A stretch of DNA of 10,808 nt from Thermotogota bacterium. GTDB taxonomy: Bacteria > Thermotogota > Thermotogae > Petrotogales > Kosmotogaceae. The stretch lies in the NCBI GenBank assembly GCA_034660555.1, contig JAYEJL010000112.1, positions 1 to 10,808 on the forward strand, written 5' to 3'. This document shows, piece after piece, positions 1-7,048 of this stretch (position 1 is the stretch's first letter; each line of letters begins with the position of its first letter). Position numbers and translations under genes: made by a program. The notes under the pieces are model-generated. The model searched no databases and was not told where the DNA came from. It saw nothing but the letters and a program-made list of their open reading frames with translations.

Positions 1-190
1 CACTTGAAAGCAATTTTCTTTCTTCAAGACGCCTCAACAAAGGATACAAAGTATTTTCTTCAATGCTAAAATCTTTTTCCTGCAATTCTTTCACTATTTC
101 ATACCCATATTTTGGCTGATTTAACATAACAAGCATCAATAATTGTATAAAACCCCTGTTCATTTCTGATATCAATCTGGTAATGTCCAT
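1..190 (-). CDS. PadR-family transcriptional regulator (5' part; runs off the left edge; not in ORF track)
   Basis: Manual minus-strand translation from ATG at 190 gives MDITRLISEMNRGFIQLLMLVMLNQPKYGYEIVKELQEKDFSIEENTLYPLLRRLEERKLLSS. The P-x-YGYEI and TLYPLLRRLE motifs are typical of the PadR winged HTH. SD GAGGTG at 196-201, 5 nt upstream. Confidence 0.92.
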   Translation of the reverse strand, partial: MDITRLISEMNRGFIQLLMLVMLNQPKYGYEIVKELQEKDFSIEENTLYPLLRRLEERKLLSS

Positions 191-215
191 CAAATCACCT
201 CATATAATTTCTTAT

Positions 216-242
216 ACTATACTGTATTATACACAGTATAGT
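216..242. promoter_or_regulatory. Palindromic operator ACTATACTGT-N7-ACAGTATAGT, probable PadR autoregulatory site
   Basis: Perfect 10-bp inverted repeat (216-225 / 233-242) whose 7-bp spacer contains the -10 box. Confidence 0.7.
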
Positions 243-254
243 GTGCAAACGCAA
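226..254 (-). promoter_or_regulatory. Sigma70-type promoter for padR: -35 TTGCGT (254-249), 17-bp spacer, -10 TATAAT (231-226)
   Basis: Minus strand reads TTGCGT-ttgcacactatactgtg-TATAAT, about 35 nt upstream of the padR ATG. Confidence 0.72.
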
Positions 255-337
255 AAAACTGTTATTACAAACAGGTAAACTTTTATTTTTACAATACCGA
301 GCTTTTGAAAAACGCTATAAAAAAATGGAAAGAAGTA

Positions 338-1012
338 TTATTCTATGGAATACCACTCTCGAAGAAACTTGCAGACAAATTCTTGGGTATAATCATATCT
401 TTCTCGTGCTATTAATTTTGCCTTTTCCGTCCAGAAGGAATCAGGTTCAATCTTGAGTATTTTCTCAAAGAAATGATTGAGATAACTTACAGAAACCCCA
501 TCGTACTCTTTTTTTGGTTTTAAGATTGGATCGTAGAGTTTTCGGTTTAATCCATTGTTGTGATTAAAAACACGTGCTATTGCAATTGCTCCTAGTGCAT
601 CCAATCTATCAGCATCCTGGAGAATTTTACCTTCAATATATTCTGGTTCTCTCTTCCTGGAATAACTGTGTGTAAAAATGCAGCTTGAAACCTTTTCAAT
701 AAAATCTTCACTGAAACCAAGTTTGTATAGATAGTTTCTCGCGAAAACACTACCTGCTTCTGCATGATCCAGTTTATTTGTCTTTTTGTCTTCCACCTTT
801 CTCTTTACATCATGCAATAAAGACGAGGCAATGATAACTGAAGGATCTCCCACATTTTCTTCGTTATATATCTTCATGGCCAATTTGGTTACCCTCAAAG
901 CATGCGAAAAATCATGAGCAGCATTGTCTGCGCAAGACATTAAAAGCCTGGAGGTATTGTATATGTTGTTTAGTTCCGGGTAGTTCTGTTCTATCAGCTG
1001 CTTAAGCTCCAT
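338..1012 (-). CDS. HD-domain metal-dependent phosphohydrolase (YedJ/YpgQ-like)
   Basis: Motifs AHDFSHALRV, LLHDV, DHAEAG, HSYS, LQDADRLDALGAIAIAR and C-terminal NHFFEKILK...A..IARER. SD AGGTG at about 1020-1024. Confidence 0.9.
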   Translation of the reverse strand: MELKQLIEQNYPELNNIYNTSRLLMSCADNAAHDFSHALRVTKLAMKIYNEENVGDPSVIIASSLLHDVKRKVEDKKTNKLDHAEAGSVFARNYLYKLGFSEDFIEKVSSCIFTHSYSRKREPEYIEGKILQDADRLDALGAIAIARVFNHNNGLNRKLYDPILKPKKEYDGVSVSYLNHFFEKILKIEPDSFWTEKAKLIARERYDYTQEFVCKFLREWYSIE

Positions 1013-1075
1013 GGAAAAACACCTGCCTGATTATATGGTATTTAACTAGATAAAATTATTATTGAATTGTTCAAG

Positions 1076-2809
1076 TCATTTTCCTTTTAAGAATGTCTTC
1101 AATTCTTTCCATGACATGGTATTAATAACATCCTTAGGTTCCAGCCATCCTCTTCTTGCAATACCTATTCCGTACATAATATTCTTAAGTGTTGATGGAG
1201 AATGAGAATCGGTATCAATGGCAAATTTTACTCCATATTTTTTGGCCTGCAAAATGTGCACATCGTTTAGATCAAGCCTGTTAGGATCTGAGTTAATTTC
1301 AAGAACAACATTATTATCTGAAGCAGCTTTGAATAATCGTTTCATGTTCACATTATAACCTTCTCTTTTTCCAATCATTCTACCCGTAGGATGCGCAAAG
1401 ATATTTATGTTACCTGTTTCAAAGGCCTTTATAATTCTTGAAGTCATTTCGTCTTCAGATGACTTAAAACGTGAATGTATGGCAGCAATCACCAGATCCA
1501 TTTCTTTTATAACTTCTTCGGGATAATCCAGACTTCCATCAGGCAAAATGTCTACTTCTGCGCTTTTTAGAATCTTTATCTTGTAATTCTTTGAAATTTT
1601 GTCAATTTCTTCCCACTGTTCTTTCAGTCTATCTATGCTCAAACCATTGGCAATTCTTTCCGATACAGAATGGTCAGAAATTGCAACATATTCATAACCA
1701 AGCTCCTCGGCTCTTGAAAGCATGTCATCTATCGTACCAGCTCCATCACTATATTTTGTATGCATGTGTAGATCGCCTTTATAATCATTAACTGTTATGA
1801 GATTGGGGATTTTATTGTCCTTTGCCTGTTTTATTTCTCCTCGGTTTTCACGTAATTCTGGAGGAATAAAAGCCAGATCAAGACTCTTATAAACTTCTTC
1901 TTCTGATTTACCGCTTATCCATTTACCTTCTTCACCATCTTCTGACATTTCAAACAACCCGTATTCTGAAAGCTTGTAATTTTTATCTATTGCTATCTTT
2001 CTCAATTGAATGTTATGATCCTTAGAACCGGTAAAATAAAGTAATGCAGCACCATAGGCCTTCTCCGGAACTACTCTTAGATCAACATCCACACCCTCTT
2101 TTAACTCAACAGTTGTTTTTGTATCACCTTTCACCTGAACCCTTGAAACACTGGACATATCTGCAAAGATCTTCATTACCTTCTTATTATCTGGTGCAAT
2201 GGTTAGTATATCTATATCACCGATAGTTTCTTTCATTCTCCTCAATGAACCCGCATAATCTATCTTTTTAACATTTCCTTTTTCTTTCAAATATTCGATT
2301 ATTTCTGTAGCTATATTCATTGCAGTGTCTATACGCATACGTTTATGTCTGAGCTCGTACTGCTCCAGTGATTTTAGAATATTCTCTTCTGTTTTTTCTC
2401 CGAACCCTTCAAGTTTTCTTATTTCTTTTTCATTTATAGCCTTTTTTAAATCATCAATATTTTTTACTCCCAGCTTATTGACAAGATCCCTAACTTTGCT
2501 GGGACCGAGACCTTCAATACTCAATAACTGAGATAACTCTTCCGGTACTTCTTTTTTTAGTTCATCATATTTCTTAATTGTTCCTTCTTCAAGATAATCA
2601 GCAATATGTTCAGCAAGACTTTTGCCTATACCTTCAATATCCGATAATCCTTTCTTTCCATGTTCTTTATAGATTTCTTCTACATCCTCATCAAGATTCT
2701 TAATCCTTCTTGCAGCAGAACGATATGCACGTGGTTTCCATTGCACATTTTGAAACTCCAAGATATCGGCCATTTCATTGAAAATTTCAGCCAGTTTTCT
2801 ATTTTTCAT
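1076..2809 (-). CDS. polX: DNA polymerase X family with C-terminal PHP domain (DNA polymerase/3'-5' exonuclease PolX), 577 aa
   Basis: N-terminal MKN..LA.IF.EMADILE...AY..AA, HhH motifs (IEGIGKS, IEGLGPS, LEGFGEK), GSLRR.KETIGDIDIL, VDLRVV, LLYFTGSK.HN, and PHP motifs GDLHMHT.YSDG, SDHS, AHPTGR, EINS.P.RLDL, DTDSH. I moved the start from the track's TTG at 2821 to ATG at 2809 because SD GGTGA (2815-2819) lies 5 nt upstream and PolX proteins typically begin MxN. Confidence 0.95.
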   Translation of the reverse strand: MKNRKLAEIFNEMADILEFQNVQWKPRAYRSAARRIKNLDEDVEEIYKEHGKKGLSDIEGIGKSLAEHIADYLEEGTIKKYDELKKEVPEELSQLLSIEGLGPSKVRDLVNKLGVKNIDDLKKAINEKEIRKLEGFGEKTEENILKSLEQYELRHKRMRIDTAMNIATEIIEYLKEKGNVKKIDYAGSLRRMKETIGDIDILTIAPDNKKVMKIFADMSSVSRVQVKGDTKTTVELKEGVDVDLRVVPEKAYGAALLYFTGSKDHNIQLRKIAIDKNYKLSEYGLFEMSEDGEEGKWISGKSEEEVYKSLDLAFIPPELRENRGEIKQAKDNKIPNLITVNDYKGDLHMHTKYSDGAGTIDDMLSRAEELGYEYVAISDHSVSERIANGLSIDRLKEQWEEIDKISKNYKIKILKSAEVDILPDGSLDYPEEVIKEMDLVIAAIHSRFKSSEDEMTSRIIKAFETGNINIFAHPTGRMIGKREGYNVNMKRLFKAASDNNVVLEINSDPNRLDLNDVHILQAKKYGVKFAIDTDSHSPSTLKNIMYGIGIARRGWLEPKDVINTMSWKELKTFLKGK

Positions 2810-2827
2810 AAAATTCACCAACCAGAT

Positions 2828-3607
2828 TCATTTTTGATGATCAGTACAAAAATAAGATGTTCTTCCACTAATTTTCTTTTTCGCGATCTTTCCGTCGCAA
2901 ATTCCGCAATGTTCCCCTTCTTTTCTTCTTCTAATAAGATAGTTGTCAGGCATTTTGTCAGGTTCTGCCCCGGAATCTATAGCGGTTTGCAGAACTGTCT
3001 TCATTGCTGAATATATCTTTATTATATTTTTTTCATTAAGGTCACTTATTCTCTTACCAGGGTATATTCCTGCCTGATACATTATTTCATCTGAGTAGAT
3101 ATTTCCTATTCCTGCAATATTATTTTGATCCATCAGCGCACTTTTAATACTTCCTCTTTTGTTCTTCAGAAAATCTGTAAACTCTTTTTTGTTGTATTCC
3201 AGGGCATCTTTACCAAGGGATTGTTCAGAAATATAATCATTTATGTCGCTTAATAGTTTTACTTTCCCCAGCCTTCTAACACATATGTACGAAAAACTAC
3301 TATCATCCTCAAAATCAATGCGTAAACTCGTATGCTTAGGTTCTTCTGAGTTGCTTGAATAAAAAACAACATCTCCTGTTATCCCAAAATGCATCAATAA
3401 ATTCGTCTCTTTTCCCAGTCTTACAAACATGTATTTTCCATGCCTTAGTATCTTTCTAAAGGAATGCCCAACAAGGGATTTACTTAAAACCTTCTCGTCA
3501 GGTTTTACAACTTTTGTATCTCTCCTGTAAACACTAACTATTTTCTTATTTATAATCTTTTCTTCGCATCTTCTTTTTATTAATTCAACATCAGGTAGTT
3601 CAGGCAA
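2828..3607 (-). CDS. Fpg/Nei-family DNA glycosylase/AP lyase (MutM-like, atypical), 259 aa
   Basis: (M)PELPDV N-terminus, RHGKY, HFGITG, H2TH motif LMDQNNIAGIGNIYSDEI, and C-terminal zinc finger CGIC...GRTSYFCTDH. The start should be TTG at 3607 because the catalytic Pro must be N-terminal; SD GGTGGTGA at 3613-3620. Confidence 0.92.
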   Translation of the reverse strand: MPELPDVELIKRRCEEKIINKKIVSVYRRDTKVVKPDEKVLSKSLVGHSFRKILRHGKYMFVRLGKETNLLMHFGITGDVVFYSSNSEEPKHTSLRIDFEDDSSFSYICVRRLGKVKLLSDINDYISEQSLGKDALEYNKKEFTDFLKNKRGSIKSALMDQNNIAGIGNIYSDEIMYQAGIYPGKRISDLNEKNIIKIYSAMKTVLQTAIDSGAEPDKMPDNYLIRRRKEGEHCGICDGKIAKKKISGRTSYFCTDHQK

Positions 3608-3670
3608 TGCTTTCACCACCTTATACCAAAATTATTCGTAACGCTTCACATATTATGTTCCACTAAAAAA

Positions 3671-3679
3671 ATTCTAACA
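3671..3679 (-). promoter_or_regulatory. Candidate extended -10 promoter (TGnTAGAAT) for fpg-polX
   Basis: Minus strand TGTTAGAAT, about 64 nt upstream of the fpg TTG. No convincing -35. Confidence 0.35.
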
Positions 3680-3898
3680 CAGTACCAATAATGAATTGCT
3701 TTTAATGATTAGATACTTATTTTTAGTGTTAACTAAAATATCACACTTTGTAAAAAGTAACTTTTTTTGATAACCCTTAATAAACCAAAAACCTTTCTTT
3801 ACTTTTTTGGGCTATACTGGGTATAACGATTTATAAAAGTTCGCAACTTTCACACTTTAGAATATGACTATTACTATGCTAATGGAGGTGAATTAGTT

Positions 3899-4819
3899 TT
3901 GTCAAAAACATTAAATGAAATTACTAGAATACCTGATTTGTTGAAAAAGGTAAATCAGAATGAATTACAAAATTACGAAAAACAGAAGATTTTGTTTGTG
4001 GGTTGTGGTTCATCATACAATATAGGATACATTACTTCAGAGATTTATAGAAAGCACGGATTGAGAAGCAGTGTTGTCACTGCAGGTAAAATACTGGCTA
4101 CCAAAGATTATCCTGCTTCATCTGTTGCTTTTTTGCTTTCACGTACAGGAGAATCAACTGAAACAATAGAAGCTGCAAAAATACTGAAAAAAGATGGAAT
4201 ACAGACAGTTGCTATCACCTGTGATTCAGAATCACCTCTGGTTGAACTCTGTGACGACCATATCACCTTTGATTTTGCCTATGAAGAAAGTGTTGTCATG
4301 ACAGGTTCATTTATCGTTATTTTACATTCACTGCTGAATATGATTAAAAAGATTCCTCTTGTTGAAAAATCAAAAACAATTATCAAGGATAGCATACATT
4401 TAGTTGATTCGATAGATTTTAAAAATTTCGATCATTTTGTTTTCCTCGGTTACGATGAACTGTATGGTTTATCAAAAGAAGGAGCATTAAAACTTCAGGA
4501 AATGGCACTACAGAATGTTGAATTTCATGAACCGCTGGAATACAGACATGGTCCTCGCTCAACCCTTGATAAAAAGACCTTTATCGTAATTCAATCAAAG
4601 GATACGGAGTATGAAAAAGAGTTATCTGAAGAGTTATCGAATTCCGGTGCCAGAGTAATCTATATCGGAAAAAATGGCGACATCAACATCCCCTATAAAG
4701 AGGGTTTTGAAGCACCTTTAAGAATGATACCTGTACTACTTATTGGTTATGAAAAAGCGATTAATGAGAACCTTAATCCAGACAAACCGAAGAATCTTAC
4801 GAAGTCAGTTAAACTATAA
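3899..4819 (+). CDS. Double SIS-domain sugar-phosphate isomerase/deaminase, likely glucosamine-6-phosphate deaminase of NagB-II/GlmD type
   Basis: Motifs LFVGCGSSYN, LSRTGESTET, EESVVMTGSF, ALKLQEM, EYRHGP and NPDKPKNLTKSV match the GlmS isomerase-like fold, with no glutaminase domain. From memory it closely resembles Thermotoga NagB-II. TTG start with SD GGAGGTG at 3884-3890. Confidence 0.8.
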   Translation: MSKTLNEITRIPDLLKKVNQNELQNYEKQKILFVGCGSSYNIGYITSEIYRKHGLRSSVVTAGKILATKDYPASSVAFLLSRTGESTETIEAAKILKKDGIQTVAITCDSESPLVELCDDHITFDFAYEESVVMTGSFIVILHSLLNMIKKIPLVEKSKTIIKDSIHLVDSIDFKNFDHFVFLGYDELYGLSKEGALKLQEMALQNVEFHEPLEYRHGPRSTLDKKTFIVIQSKDTEYEKELSEELSNSGARVIYIGKNGDINIPYKEGFEAPLRMIPVLLIGYEKAINENLNPDKPKNLTKSVKL

Positions 4820-4880
4820 CAAAGTAATTCTGAGCGGTAATCTATAATGAAGTATAATAATGAAAACCCTATACAAACAA

Positions 4881-4889
4881 TGATATAAT
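4881..4889 (+). promoter_or_regulatory. Extended -10 promoter TGATATAAT for the ABC permease
   Basis: Perfect TGnTATAAT just upstream of the CDS; the same 12-mer AATGATATAATT recurs at 9590-9601. Confidence 0.6.
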
Positions 4890-4895
4890 TCATTT

Positions 4896-6050
4896 GTGAC
4901 CGCCATGATAAAAAATATTTTAAACCTGATAGTGAATGAAATAAAAATAATATTTAGAGCCAGAGGAGTCTTTATTTTGATACTCCTTATACCTCTCGTG
5001 TTAACTTTCATCTCCGCGGGTGTTACGCAGGTAACCGATATCACTACTCTTCGTCTGGGAATTATCAATGAAGACAAAACATTCATCGGCTTGTTCTTTC
5101 TCAAATATGCAACCTCGATGTTAAAAGGTGACAATATCATAGAGCTTTCTTCAAGAGAAGAGATAAACGATCATCTGGATGATCTTGATGGAGTGTTTGT
5201 TATTCCAAAGGGTTTTGCTAATAACCTTCTCTTCCAGAAACCTTCAGAACTTATATTTATACCAAATCCGCATTCTCTTCAAACAACCATAGCCATATAT
5301 CAGGTGATGACCAATGTTCTCAGAGAATTCAAAGCGTTACCAGTAGTTGCTGATCCTGATTTTATGGAAAACATGGATGTAGATCCCAATTATGTAGCAC
5401 CCAAAATAGCTGTCGATGGTATTGAAGAAGAGAAGCTCGGCTTCTCAAGCTTTCTTTTCCCATCACTGCTAACTTTAACCCTTTTGTTCATTTCAATAAT
5501 CGGAATAACATGGACCATTCAGGAAGACCGCAGAAGCGAGATGATAGATCTTTTGAAGATAGCCAATGTTTCGAGAAGTCAGTTCATGATATCAAAGTTC
5601 ATCTCATATTTCTTCATTGGTATTCTTGAACTTGGAGTTTTTCTTCTAACAGGTAAGATAACGGGATTTCTAAAATTTTCATTTAGTGTATATGATATAC
5701 TGCTTTTCATGGTACTGATATTCTTATTTACCGCTCTGGGATCCTTTTTTGCATCAATAAGCAAAACTGTGAGAGGTGCCCAGTTTTTATCTACTGGCTT
5801 CTCAATAGTTCTGGTCATTCTAAGTGGTGTCCTGTTTCCTATTTCTGCATTTCCGGGCTGGCTAAAAACTCTATGTAATAGCCTTCCAATGAATCAACTG
5901 ATTAATAAATTACAGGGAACAATCCTTTTTGATTATTCATGGGCGGATGTTCAATCTGTAATTGGGACAAATTTGATAATTGGTTTAGTTTTACTTGCAT
6001 TTTCAATAATCATTTTGAAATTTGAAGGCTCCTTCGCCGGAGAGTATTAG
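4896..6050 (+). CDS. ABC-2 type exporter permease subunit (start GTG 4896 or ATG 4905)
   Basis: Architecture is N-terminal E.K.IFR, TM1, a large extracytoplasmic loop (LGIINED...VFVIPKGF), then five further TM segments with EDRRSE..DLL, LSGVLFPISAFPGWL and LP motifs characteristic of ABC-2 permeases. Confidence 0.85.
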   Translation: MTAMIKNILNLIVNEIKIIFRARGVFILILLIPLVLTFISAGVTQVTDITTLRLGIINEDKTFIGLFFLKYATSMLKGDNIIELSSREEINDHLDDLDGVFVIPKGFANNLLFQKPSELIFIPNPHSLQTTIAIYQVMTNVLREFKALPVVADPDFMENMDVDPNYVAPKIAVDGIEEEKLGFSSFLFPSLLTLTLLFISIIGITWTIQEDRRSEMIDLLKIANVSRSQFMISKFISYFFIGILELGVFLLTGKITGFLKFSFSVYDILLFMVLIFLFTALGSFFASISKTVRGAQFLSTGFSIVLVILSGVLFPISAFPGWLKTLCNSLPMNQLINKLQGTILFDYSWADVQSVIGTNLIIGLVLLAFSIIILKFEGSFAGEY

Positions 6051-6053
6051 AAA

Positions 6054-6995
6054 TTATTCTTTTACTACCTTTCTGTTCCGTCTTCTGTAATTAACGATTA
6101 CAATGCCAAAAGCCACCATAAGTGAAGCGATAACTATTTTAATATTTAAAAATTCATCGGGTATGAACACTGCTGAAAGTAATGTCCCTGATACAGGTAT
6201 CATAAAACGATAGATAGTTACTTCGCCGGCTTTGTTGTGCTTCAATATGGTATACCACAGAGAAAAAGCGGTAGCAGATAACGCACTGGAATAAACCAGA
6301 AGTATTAGCGCTAACGGGGTGAATTTTAGGAATCCACCGGGAATATTTGGAATACCCGCTCCCATAAGTATTAAAGAACCCAAAAACATTTGCCATCCTG
6401 AAACAAGAAAAGGATGAACATCTTTTGATATATTTTTTGCAAGTAAGGCACCTATGGCAGCCACAACTGTAGAAAGAAGTAACAATCCCTCTCCTTTAAA
6501 ACTAAAATCGAGCTCAAAACCACTTCCCCAATTGGCAAATGCTACACCGGTGAACCCTGCTACCAATCCCAAAATCTTCTTAAGATTGATCCTATCATTT
6601 TTATAAATAAAATGTGCAAAAAGAATCACGAAGAAATTGGCAGAACTTATTATAATTGCCGATTTCATTCCTGAAGTGTGTGCAAGCCCATTGTAGAATA
6701 ACGAATACTGAATTGATGTCTGGAGAATTCCAAGTAATATCAACCACATTAACCTTTTTCTATTCATTCTTAATCTTTTCTTGAATATAAATCGCATAAT
6801 GAAGAAAAGTAACAAACCAGCACCAAAGAATCTTAGCCCTGCAAATGCAAGTTTTGAAAAGACATCGTTTGCTTCAATACCAAGTTCAACATAACTTATC
6901 TTTAATACGGGAAAAGCACTTCCCCATAACAAAGAAGCACTTAGTGCAAGCACTGCAACAATAATAGGATTTTTAAGTAGATCATCTTTTTTCAT
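6054..6995 (-). CDS. EamA/DMT-family membrane transporter
   Basis: About 10 hydrophobic segments in two repeats; LLWGSAFP..K, AGLRF, LFYNGLAHT, GWQM..G, LWY..LK, PVSG..LS; SD GGAG upstream. Confidence 0.9.
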   Translation of the reverse strand: MKKDDLLKNPIIVAVLALSASLLWGSAFPVLKISYVELGIEANDVFSKLAFAGLRFFGAGLLLFFIMRFIFKKRLRMNRKRLMWLILLGILQTSIQYSLFYNGLAHTSGMKSAIIISSANFFVILFAHFIYKNDRINLKKILGLVAGFTGVAFANWGSGFELDFSFKGEGLLLLSTVVAAIGALLAKNISKDVHPFLVSGWQMFLGSLILMGAGIPNIPGGFLKFTPLALILLVYSSALSATAFSLWYTILKHNKAGEVTIYRFMIPVSGTLLSAVFIPDEFLNIKIVIASLMVAFGIVIVNYRRRNRKVVKE

Positions 6996-7048
6996 ATTTG
7001 TTCTCCAAAATTATTATGGTTTAAATATACTAACAAATGGTTTATCTC

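Noticed and set aside
241..456. 71-aa plus-strand ORF
   Set aside because: It overlaps the HD gene antisense and the padR promoter, and has no SD or recognisable motif.
1076..2809. PolX as a polymerase-dead (altered) variant or an anti-phage component
   Set aside because: The catalytic GDID and VDLR aspartates are intact, and no defence-type genes are nearby.
1591..3010. Plus-strand ORFs 1591-1791, 2044-2226, 2325-2531 and 2660-3010
   Set aside because: They are antisense shadows of polX/fpg with no motifs, and their F/S/L/I/H-rich composition is typical of reverse-strand translation.
3620..3700. LexA/SOS box or cre/LacI site upstream of fpg-polX
   Set aside because: I found no GAAC-N4-GTTC or CTGT-N8-ACAG match here. 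GTAACGCTTCAC (3638-3649) only loosely resembles a LacI/cre core.
3899..4819. glmS gene or glmS ribozyme
   Set aside because: The protein lacks the N-terminal glutaminase domain (no MCGI), and the upstream region is too AT-rich and shows no recognisable ribozyme core.
4814..5818. Minus-strand ORFs 4814-5140 and 5579-5818
   Set aside because: They are antisense to the well-supported ABC-2 permease and have no independent evidence.
6154..6396. 80-aa alternative-frame ORF inside the DMT gene
   Set aside because: It is nested out of frame in an intact gene and has no motif or clear SD.
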